Source of the DNA: Azolla caroliniana | Taxonomy: Eukaryota; Plantae; Polypodiophyta | Reading direction: 5' to 3' | Assembly: GCA_043228905.1 (NCBI GenBank) | Contig: JBHGNT010000017.1 | Location: 16,864,001 to 16,928,000, forward strand | DNA: 64,000 bases | Shown here: positions 1-11,369 of the stretch, in pieces | How positions within the stretch are numbered: position 1 is the first letter of the stretch | Layout: each line of letters begins with the position of its first letter | Translations under genes and position numbers: made by a program | Notes under the pieces: model-generated | The model's input: the letters and a program-made list of their open reading frames with translations, nothing else | Database searches by the model: none | Told to the model about the DNA's origin: nothing

Positions 1-1662
1 GTAAACCAGAACAATGTCATGATGAGGTAATCAATAACTTAACATTTCTATCAATAATAGACAACCACCCAGATACAATAAACTTATCTAGGTACTGAGC
101 GCCACTTCATCATCGGAGGTAGTAGACTATTGAGTGACACGCGGTGGTACTAAATTAGCTACAATGTATATCAAGTTAGTACTTAAACTATGTTAAGTGT
201 TTACTAACCTAGACATATCTAAGATAGGAGTGTTCATTCCACTCATGACTTTACATTCTTACCATCACATGTGTGCATAACAAGTAAATTAAAACTGTGT
301 CAAGATGAGGGTAATCAATGACTTAGCATTCCTATCAATATCTTTGCATCCAATTCACATCCTGGATATGTAAACCCCATTAGTGTCAAGAAGCAAGTAA
401 TCAATAACTTTACATTCGGTAATCAATTACATACAACGATCAAAATACAATAACTTGCAATATTTTGGACAAATACCTCATTCGTAGTACCACACAGTCC
501 TTCTTCATGGGTAATTGCGAGGGTCTTCTTGGGTAATTGCGGTGGTGTTTTGGACACACGCCTCATTCTTTGTACAACCATGATCCTCTCCTTGGGTCAA
601 TTTCACATTCTCTACAGACTCCATTGCAAAGTTGCTTGTCACCTCATGCTTTGTCCACCAACTCTTCTGTTTGGGTGATCTCACATTCCCCATGTGTGGT
701 AGCATCTGAGCCTGAATAATCAAGATTGCTCCATAAACTACCTGAATCATTTGATGGTATTTGTGAATCTACATGCTCTTCTACTCCTAACTAACAGTAA
801 AGTGATGCAAGAACAATATCAATTCACATTCTGAAAAAGTGAAGGCACCTAGCCAAATGTTTAAGGTTAAGGGACCAATGGTTACCTACTGTTACATCGT
901 CATTGTTGCTTGGGATGGTCCCAGTTTCAAGTTGGGGCTCTTCATCATGCCAATATTTCACAACACTCTCTATGTATTAATACACTTGTACATTATTGTC
1001 ACGTGAAGTAATATGGTCAAAATAACAATTATATGAGAGGGCTCCCAACACGTACCTGGAAGTGAGATAAATTCTTCTTCATATTGTGGCTCTGAATTTG
1101 TATCTCCATTTTCATTACTCTTTTCTTCCTTGTATAAAAACAAAAGTATGTAGTATTAGTCTAACTCATCAAGATGACAACAACCACAAGTTTGTGAGAA
1201 TTTGTATTACCCACCACAACAATCAACTTTGCATTTCTTCCCCTTTATGTACAATTTCCTTGCAGCATTATGCTTCTTCGTAGGCTCTTTGATAGAAACA
1301 TAATAAATTAGTAGTATACCAACATTTTAGAAATTAGAAAGGCAAACACAATTAGCATTACCATTCACACAGTCAAGGCGTGCCGAGCTAGGAGATTTTG
1401 TTTCAAGCATCACATCTTCAACTGTTCCAATGGCCTTTCTCATACATTCATCTTCATCATAAACTTCATCAGGTACCACTAAGGAACGACCGTGGACTTT
1501 GGAATTTGTAGCAAACTCTGTATGTAATATCGCGGGGCCTGGTTTGTCAATTACCTTCCCTGGTGTGGTGTTGCTAGAAACTACAACATTCATATTATAC
1601 GCATACATATTATAAGAGTACATATTATAACATGAGTCCAAAATTACAAATATAGTACTGAT

Positions 1663-2440
1663 CCACCTGGACATGCATATTTCAACTGGTAACGAACAAT
1701 GTTAGTACTAAAAAGCCAACACACTCATGTCTATTTGTTCGGTCATGCAAAGCCTAATTCAAGTGGACACAAAAAGTACAATGCAATAAGCAATGTTAGT
1801 ACTAATACGAGTTATACAACTAAACATTTAGGACCCTCCATACTAAATAGTCAATATTGAATCAATTGATCATGAAGGAATACAATGTATTAAGTAATGT
1901 TAGTACTTAATCAACATCTAAAGAACTTAAAGGATTAGTACTAAGGCACCTGGACATGCATATTTCATCTGGTAATGAACAATGTTAATACTAAAAAGCC
2001 AAGAACTTCATGCTTATTTGTTTGGTTATGCAAAGCCTAAGTCAAATGCACTCAAAAAGTACAATGCAATTAACCAATGTTAGTACTAATACGAGTTATA
2101 CAACTAAACATTTAAGACCCTCCGTACTAAATAATCAATACTGAATGAATTGATCATGAAGGAATACAATGGAATAAGTATTGTTAGTACTTAATCAACA
2201 TCTTAGGATCTTAAAGGAATAGTATTGAACCACCTGGACATGCATATTTTTGATGGTAATGAACAATGTTAGTACTAAACAGCCAAGACTGACATGCCTA
2301 TTTGTTCGATCATGCAAAGCCTAAGTCAAGTGGACAAAAAAAGTACAATGCAATAAACAATGTTAGTACTAATACAAGTTATACAACTAAACATTTAAGA
2401 CCTTTAATACTAAATAATTTTCATTAAATCGACTGATCAT
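1663..2440. repeat. ~284-bp tandem repeat, ~2.7 copies
   Basis: cacctggacatgcatattt...gaacaatgttagtactaaa recurs at ~1663, ~1948 and ~2231; lies downstream of a GT donor of the minus-strand RING exon, so probably intronic. Confidence 0.85.
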
Positions 2441-2519
2441 CTTGGATCCAACTATAAGAACAGAACCAAAAGTAAGATTATAAAATCATAGTATAAAAAT
2501 TTCATAATGCTTAATCACA

Positions 2520-3480
2520 TACCATATGAGTGTACTTTCAAACCCCAAGCTAGGTACCATTCGGCTCCAACTGTACTTTTACAGTCCAAACATATATTTT
2601 CTTTCTTGAAATGGTACTTAGCACATAACAAATGACATGTGTGCAAGCATGGTGTAATGATAGCATCCATAGACTCAAGCTTGAATCCAAGGCCACAGAA
2701 TAAACACCTTCAGTAACTATATTAGCACCAATGATATTTTATACCATAGAAGGTCAAAAAGGAGAAATATAAACCATTACCGCGATATAGTAATGTTTCT
2801 AATTATACTTTCCATGCAATCGAGGTGCTCAACTACGTCTCGACATAACGAGAAGACCGCGATGTCTCTAGATCTTTCTTCTGTGCTTCCAGATGAGTAC
2901 CCATAGTTGTGAGCTCCCTCCTCAACTCCTCTTTTAACACATCACTTTTAGAATTTTGGATTGTTTATGCAATCCATTTGTATGTATTCGACATAGATGT
3001 GAATTGTCTTCTCACCAGATGAAACTTCTTCCAAATCGGCCAGCAGTGCTTGCAGTTTTGTTTGCATGGAAGCTATACAACGCAACAATCGCTCTTCATG
3101 TTTTTCTATCAGTGTGGCTTTCTGTTTTGCAATTTGTTGAGTCAACACAGATGTCCAAATTGGGATTTCAATATGAGAGGTACCCTCAGACTTCATGGTA
3201 GTGTTGGTACTTGAGGACCCTCTATAATGTGATGATCGATGATGAGCAAAATCTTCCCAATCAACTTCAATGCCACCATGGAGTTCACATGCAAATGCAC
3301 GTGCAAAGACAGATCCTACCTCATTGTTTAGGATATGTTTTGTATCATAAACTTGTTCATATCATGACTTTAGTTCAATGATATAATCCGTCTTCAATTG
3401 AGTGAGGTGGAAAAACCTCTCCGTGTCTCGGGTTGTGATGAGCCCCAAGTTTTCATCATCCACATGTCTAGGTCTTCATA
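2520..3480 (-). pseudogene. Degraded homologue of the RING-finger cargo gene at 5335-9796
   Basis: Manual translation: CLFCGLGF..IITPCLHTCHLLC..ICLDCKSTVGAEW (2706-2520) and YEQVYDTKHILNNEVGSVFARAFACE..VDW (3400-3250, one in-frame stop) match CIACGLG..PCNHTYHLLC..CLGDC..EW and NNELSVSFARAFAYE. Confidence 0.7.
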
Positions 3481-5083
3481 AGTGTCAGGTCATGCACGAA
3501 GGAAATAACCCCATCCCAATTTTGTACCTCGAACGATGTTTGTGTGAACCTTTTTGCCCTGAGTTGCTTAAAACTTTGACCTCCCTCTGGTGGGGGTCAT
3601 CTTACTTTCTTTGATGGGGTCCTTTTTCTTTCCTTGCATGGTGTGATGACATTTTCGGTGACCATTTTCTTCTTTGTGGGTGTCTTCCTTGTCATGTGAA
3701 TCTTGTTTCTCTTCTTCGCCTCACATGCCCAACAACAGTAAATAACAGTAAATCATGCGCAACAATAACATTTTCTTTCCTTTTCTTTCTTCTTTCTACC
3801 ATGATACGATGTTAATCTACTTACACATTGGGTTGAGCGTGTTTGCACTAATCACACACGCTCAACTCATGGCCCTTTTGCATATTGAGCTGTATCTCCC
3901 ACTCTCCCCTCTCTTGAGTCATCTCTTACGATAATAGTTATTCTTGTGCATCGGGTCGAACATGTTTGTCCTAATCGCACACACTCACCTCATGGCTCTT
4001 TTGCATATGATGTTGACAATGCCACCCTTCCCTTTATTGAGCCATCACTTGGCCGATTCTATGGGATGTTGTGACTTTGAGGAGGTGTATGCCACTTGCC
4101 TATGCCACTTTACTCTGTATTGAGCCATAACTTGGCCGATTCTAGAGATATGTGGTGGTCTTGAGGAGGTGCATGTTGACTACCCTAGTTCCTTACCTTG
4201 AGGCATGCTTAATGTTCCATACACCTAATTGATTATTATTCTAGTTAATTTCTAATTACACAAATTGTCATTTCAATTTCGTATGATTTTCTCGTATTTG
4301 TCATTTACCCACCCACAATTAACTCTCCTTTTCCCCTTCCTTTTCATGTTTAAAGTATTTACGTGCATTTACCTATGATGTAACACTTTCGTGCAGACTA
4401 TTTTTTCGTATTGAGTGGGCATCATGCCGCTTTTTGAAAGATTTTTTCCAACGGGTCATCTAGGTTTAACTCATATTATCGAGCCTTAGAACTCCAGTAA
4501 AACCGCATAAGTTCCCCTATTGATGTTTTACTCATAGATTTGAGTACTACATCTTTGTGCACAACAACACCACGACTTGTATCAATTTGTGGCTTATGTC
4601 ACAATTGTGCAAATTACAACCACCATATTGGGATGTGTATGTGCATACCTCGCACCTCCCATTTATTTGCGACATTATTTTTTTAATAGGTAGCACATGG
4701 TTTTTTTTTACCCTTGTTTTCATCATTGCGTGTTAGTCGCATGACTAGAATATTACTTGCGAGTGCACTTGTTTTTTCATGCAATACACTTTCTCGACCA
4801 TATCAATACATGCTGAGTTGACATTTTAATATAAGCCTAACTAGGAAATTACATTGATGCTAGAACCATGATTAAGCCTCGGGGAGCCACCATGGTTATT
4901 CAAGATAGATATCCGAGAAAGACATCTTAGCTATGTTTTCCCCCATGGTTTTTAAAACACCATAGTGTGACCATAGTTATCGGATCTCGAATCACAACTC
5001 ATATGTCTAGAGGGGTAAAGACGTGAGATGCTTTCTTGGATAAAGTTCTTCCAATCAAAATTTCAAGCATTCATTTTGCTTGT

Positions 5084-5108
5084 GGGTAAAAGCATGCGAG
5101 TGGAAACA
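5084..5108 (+). repeat. Left TIR of Sola2-like element
   Basis: Inverted match to 16797-16821. Confidence 0.88.
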
Positions 5109-5334
5109 CTATTATAGCTAATTAGCTACTAAAATGGCCATAGCTAATTAGCTATTTGTTTAGCTAGTCTTTTTTGTGGGAAAATCAAATATTTGAAAAA
5201 CTAATTTATGAAAAAACTCAAATATTTGAACTTCTGTTTCAGACGTAGTGGAACTTGGGGAATATCACCATCATCTAAGGTCGACTTCAATGTCATCAAT
5301 TTCCTATTTAGCCTAAGTCTGATTTTGAACGCAG

Positions 5335-8300
5335 ATGGAGTACTCAGAGCACGAACGCAGACGTAGCTCCCGCAACAGCAAAAAATCGACATTGCAGATT
5401 GAGAGCTACAACACAGAACCCGCTCGATCATCGTCCAGGTATGTTTTAGTTACAGAAACCCCAAACATTTGTTTTTTCTTTTTGACTACTGTCTGAACTT
5501 TGGTGCCGATTCATATTTCCCCAAAATCGAATAGGGCGAAGTCCTTGGAGTCCCATACAAGGATGTCTCGCAAATCGGGGAGTAGCAACAGGTGTGTTTA
5601 TATTACTTTTTTTGTGTTTAATCCTGTCTTTAGTGATGATTGGGGTTTTTGATTGAAATTTCTGATTAGGGTTTTTGTTTATAAATTTCTTATTAGAATT
5701 TCTGATTAGGGTTTGTGATTGAAATTTCTGATTAGGGTTTGTGATTGAAATTTCTGATTAGGGTTTGTGATTGAAATTTCTGATTAGGGTTTTTGATTAT
5801 AAATTTCTGATTAGAATTTCTGAATAGGGTTTCTGGTTACAAATTTTGATTACAAATTAGAATTTCTGAATAGGGTTTTTGTTTATAAATTTCTGCTTAG
5901 GATTTCTGATTAGGGTTTGTGATTGAAATTTTTGATTAGGGTTTCTGATTGAAATTTCTGATTAGGGTTTTTGATTATAAATTTCTTATTAGAATTTCTG
6001 AATAAGGTTTCTGGTTACAAACTTCTGATTACAAATTTTGATTAGGGTTTCTGATTTCAAACTTCTGATTACAGATTTTGATTAGGGTTTCTGATTTCAA
6101 ATTTCTGAATACAAATTATGATTAGGGTTTCTGATTTGCTAAGTTAAAGATTTTGCACCATTTTTGTTGTTGTTGATTGGGGTTTTTGATTCTCACATAT
6201 TCTGATTTTGCACTATTTCTGATTTCTGAAATGATATTTCAGATGACTCGTTTCTCCGTATACGAGAGTGCTAAACTTCGCAAAATTTTGCGAGACAAAG
6301 GAGGACTTCCACAACACCTATGGTCTGTCACTCGAGGGTGTTGACCCTGCTGTCCTAAGTGATAAATTGATCAGTGATATAGACTGGATGACAGTATATA
6401 CAGTGCCTAGAGTCAAAGTCAAGGTCAAGCTGAAGCATGTACGAGCCGACTTGTACGATGACTGCATGAGACTGCACCAGAAAGTTCATCAGGAGATCCC
6501 AGTCAACAATGAGTTGTCAGTTTCATTTGCTAGAGCATTTGCATATGAGTACTGCAAAACAACGAAGGAATCTAGAGACCCTGAAATGTATAGGGTAGCT
6601 TGGGCAGTCTATGGTGAGGCATCGGTAAAAAGATGCCGAAAGATGGGGACCTTGGCACAAAAAATAGACAGATTTTGGAGCATGGCAGCTGTTGATGCAA
6701 CTGCCGACTCCCAGCAAGACCGGGGGCATACACCACACCGACACCCAAGGAAAGCCAATGTCGATGATACAGGTGAGACATTGGTTAGCTATATGCTAAA
6801 AAATGTCCATGAAGCCTGTGAAACATTGGCATTTTTTAAGACTGATTTAGAGAAAGCCACAATGGCTTCTGCAATGGAGAGCAAAGTTACTTCTGCTGTT
6901 ACAACAATTAGAAATAAGATTCAGGTAACTATTGTTTTGCTCGTATGTGATTGTGTTATAAATAACGGGTAAAATGTGCTAATCAAGCATTATCTGGAAT
7001 AGGTTGCGCAACAGGAGCTTGAATTAGAGGGGCCACTGGATCCCGAGCGTAAAATAGAACTGCAAATAGAGATCCAAGTTCTTTCAATGAACCTGGACCT
7101 TCTAGGTGTAAATACTGTTGCAGATTACAATTTGGATAAGCTTCAAGTAAGTTAACGATTCCTGAGCAAAGTTGGTGTATCTTTCAACAACAAGAATAAT
7201 TAATCGGTAAATTTCTCTGTTGCGTTGAAGGAACAATACATTCATCAAGAACAGGTAGTTAGCTGCCTTAAGAAGAAGCTACATTTTGTGGAGGGAATGG
7301 TAAGGACCAGACAGGATTTGGACCTGAACATTCTTGCTCCCTTACCAAATGAAGTAGAACCAGAAACTGATTTATTGACAGTTCAAGCACGTTGCATCGC
7401 TTGCGGGTTAGGTGTGGAGGACAAAACTGCGTCTTTGTTGGTTCACCTACAACCATGCAACCACACATACCATCTGCTTTGTTTTCAACATGCCTGTCGA
7501 ATTGCTGCATTCTGTTTGGGAGATTGCAGTACAACTCTACCAAATGAGTGGAGAAAACTAACAGGTATACCATACTGTAGCTAATAAGCTTAGTCTTTTC
7601 TAATTAGCTATCCTACTAGCTAATTAGCTACTGGCAGCTAATGAGCTACTAGCTAATTAGCTATCCTAGTAGCTAATTAGCTATGGTACTAGCTAATTAG
7701 CTAGTACCATAGTTGTCTAAAAAAGCTAAATAGCTATCCTACTAGCTAATTAGCCACTGGCAACTAATTAGCTATCCTAGTAACTAATTAGCTACTGCCA
7801 TAGTTGTGTAAAGTAGCTAATAAGCTATCCTAGTAGCTAATTAGCTATGGTACTAGCTAATTAGCTAGTACCATAGTTGTGTAAAAAAGCTAATTAGCTA
7901 TCCTACTAGCTAATTAGCTACTGGCAACTAATTAGCTATCCTACTAGCGAATTAGCTATCCTAGTAGCTAATTAGCTACTGGCAACTAATTAGCTATCCT
8001 ACTAGCTAATTAGCTATCCTACTAGCTAATTAGCTATCATAGTAGCTAATTAGCTACTGACATAGTTGTGTAAAGTAGCTAATAAGCTATCCTAGTAGCT
8101 AATTAGCTACTGGCAGCTAATTAGCTGTCCTAGTAGCTAATAAGCTATCCTAGCTACTACATAGTTGAGAAAGTAGCTAATTAGCTTTCATTGTAGCTAA
8201 TTAGCTATCCTAGCTACCACCATAGTTAGTAAAGTAGCTAATTAGCTATCCTAGCTACTACCATAGTTAGTAAAGTAGCTAATTAGCTATCCTAGCTACT

Positions 8301-9796
8301 ACCATAGTTGAGTAAAGTAGCTAATTAGCTATCCTAGCTACTACCATAGTTGAGTAAAGTAGCTAATTAGCTACCATAGTAGCTAATTAGCTATCCTAGC
8401 TACTACTATAGTTGTGTAAAGTAGCTAATAAGCTATCCTACTAGCTAATTAGCTATCCTAGTAGGTAATTAGCTATGGTACTAGCTAATTAGCTAGTACT
8501 ATAGTTGTGTAAAAAAGCTAATTAGGTATCCTACTAGCTAATTAGCCACTGGCAACTAATTAGCTATCCTAGTAACTAATTAGCTACTGCCATAGTTGTG
8601 TAAAGTAGCTAATAAGCTATCCTAGTAGCTAATTAGCTACTAGCAGCTAATTAGCTATCCTAGTAGCTAATTAGCTATCCTACTAGCTAATTAGCTAGTA
8701 CCATAGTTGTGTAAAAAAGCTAATTAGCTATCCTACTAGCTAATTAGCTACTGGCAACTAATTAGCTATCCTAGTAGCTAATTAGCTATCCTACTAGCTA
8801 ATTAGCTGCTGGCAACTAATTAGCTATCCTACTAGCGAATTAGCTATCCTAGCGAATTAGCTATCCAAGTAGCTACTGCCATAGTTGTGTAAAGTAGCTA
8901 ATAAGCTATCCTAGTAGCTAATTAGCTACTGGCAGCTAATTAGCTGTCCTAGTAGCTAATAAGCTATCCTAGCTACTACATAGTTCAGAAAGTAGCTAAT
9001 TAGCTTTCATTGTAGCTAATTAGCTATCCTAGCTACTACCATAGTTAGTAAAGTAGCTAATTAGCTATCCTAGCTACTACCATAGTTGAGTAAAGTAGCT
9101 AATTAGCTATCCTAACTACTACCATAGTTGAGTAAAGTACCTAATTAGCTATCATACTAGCTAATTAGCTATCGTACTAGCTAATTAGCTATCCTAGCTT
9201 CTACCATAGTTTAGTAAAGTAGCTAATTAGCTATCCTAAATAACTGTCATGTTATTGTAGAATCTTGTGGATTAAGGACGGCACATGATGTGTCTGGTGC
9301 TGATGATGCTGCAACAGATGAGGATACTACTGCCAATGTGGCTGAAAGTAAGAGTCCTGCTATCACATCTTCTTCAGATCAGCTGCACCCTATTCTTTTG
9401 GAACAGTGTACTGAATTAGGCAACGATGTGAAATGCCATGAAATAGTGGAAACAACATGTAAAACTGAGGTTCACAACAACAGTGTTTATGAACACTTGA
9501 TGCAACATTTCTTCGAGTCTCAAGACCTTGATTCCACCCCACCGAGCCCAACTACTGAAAATGTCCAAACAGATCCCTCTGTACTTGAAAAGCTAGTTCA
9601 AGAAACGGCTGATGTGCAATTAGCTGCTGAGGCGATGGGAAGGTTGTCGGAGGAGGACACACTTGCGCATTGGGTCCTAGAAGCAAGGCTAAATGGGGAA
9701 CCAACCAGAAAAAGGCTGAAGAAGGGGCCACGATCGGGAACAAGACCAGTTACTCGGTCAAGGGGCCCAGACGTAGTGGAGCGAAATACTGTTTAG
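5335..9796 (+). CDS. Spliced cargo gene: helical domain, coiled coil, RING-type zinc finger, acidic tail (putative E3 ligase)
   Basis: ORF 6268-6924, exon ~7003-7146, RING exon ~7231-7564 (CIAC..PCNHTYHLLC..CLGDC); phase-1 GT at 7565 joins AG at 9260 in frame with ORF 9290-9796. 5' exons from ATG 5335 are uncertain, possible frameshift near 6245-6268. Confidence 0.6.
5640..6190. repeat. ~26-bp minisatellite (gattagggtttgtgattgaaatttct), intronic
   Basis: Repeated ctgattagggttt...aaatttct units between a GT donor (~5592) and AG acceptor (~6242). Confidence 0.85.
7590..9240. repeat. Satellite array built on the 12-bp palindrome AGCTAATTAGCT
   Basis: Dozens of tagctaattagcta units with short variable linkers, filling intron 7565-9260. 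Confidence 0.95.
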
Positions 9797-10045
9797 TTGG
9801 ATATGATTGTTAGCTTAGGGATTTTGCTAGGGTTTTATGAAGTTTTACTATCCTGTTGGACAAGTAAAACCTCAGATTGGTTGTTGCTTGATCCACATTA
9901 TGTAATGGAACTCTATGATGTTTTTCCAAGATAATTTGAAGAGTGTTGTTCTATGACTGAAACTCTTTGATGTTCAGGATATTGTTTTGTGAGACTATTA
10001 GTTACTTTGTGAGTGTGAATATGTTGGTGTTTTCTGATGTTGCAG

Positions 10046-11022
10046 AGTCTAAAGGGTTTGATTCTATTGCTCGTAAGGCCAATGGCAGTGTGGATACTGT
10101 TGATGTTGCGGCATGTTTAAAGGGCCCCATCTTGAAAGTAGATGTAGCAACTGACACAAGTGATCTGGTCACACAAGTTGATCAAGCATGTAGCATGGAT
10201 GACTTGGTGTTGCAGGTAGATGCAGCATGTGATACCAGTGGACTGATATCGAGCAGATCAGTAGCTACATGCATTGAGGTAATCCAAGGTTTGATAACTA
10301 AGTCGACAAAACAAGAGCACCAGAATGTGAAGCTAGGCCCAACACAGTCGACTAGGGGTTTAAAGAGGAAAAGGACACCAGTTGTGTCAGCCAAACCTGA
10401 GCTGATTGAGATTGATCGTATCCTACCAGAAAATGGTGTAACAGCGGCTCAGTTTCAGGAATGGAAACCTAAACCACTAGAAGTCGAAAGAAGAGCCTTG
10501 ATCTTGGAGCTTGATAAAGTCTTGATGAGTGTGAGATATATGCAGCCAAGGAGGGACGCAAATCAGTTTCTAGAGTGGGCTGTGGAATACTTTGATTTGT
10601 TTATTTGGAGTGAAAAACCAAAATCAGATGTGTGGAAGTGTTTGGCAAGATTCTTCCCAAAATGGCAAAGTCGTTTTAAAGGTCAATGGGCACGAGAAAA
10701 TTGTGAGCAAATGGAAGCTGCAAGATTCAAGAGACTTTCTGATTTTTGGGCTACTTGGCCTGAATATAATGCCAACAATACATTGATTTTGGATACAGAA
10801 CATTTCCGACACTACTTCAATATTCGGAGATGCTGTCTCATTCTACCCGAGGAAATGCCTGAACAGTACCTGGTGCAAATAGTGAGCTGCCAACTAGGTG
10901 CATGGTTGTGGACTCCATACCGAGCTCAATATGCGGATAATATATGTAGACTCGTTCCACTGACTAGCAAGAGCTTAGCTGTTTATAGGAGATTTGTAGA
11001 CATTTCCAATGGTAATTTATAA
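10046..11022 (+). CDS. FCP1/SCP (NIF) HAD-phosphatase-like exon with degenerate active site
   Basis: ALILELDKVL (cf. LVLDLDETL), PRRDANQFLEWAVEYFDLFIWS, FKRLSDFW, YNANNTLILDT; AG acceptor at 10045. Confidence 0.7.
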
Positions 11023-11369
11023 ATATGTAAAGAGATGACATTATTCAATGAAGAATTTAATTACTTGTTCCCACTGTACTTATCTACTGTGTAATTTGAG
11101 GAATATGTTGCAGATTGTTGATTTCATTCTATTGATGACTATTTAGCTATTGACAGCTAATTAGCTGCATTTGTACAGCTAATTAGCTACTGATGACTAT
11201 TTCGCTATAACTTATAACTTAAAACTTAACAAAAAAGACATGATTTTATTGAGAAAGAAGCACAGAAAGCAGACTGTATACAAGAAATTGATTCCAAACG
11301 AATTTATTTAACTGTTTTCGCGAAATACATGTTTGTTTTACAAGAGAACATGGTAAGTGCTACTTGTAG

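Noticed and set aside
5640-6190. True telomeric array
   Set aside because: Motif is embedded in longer units, not contiguous TTTAGGG
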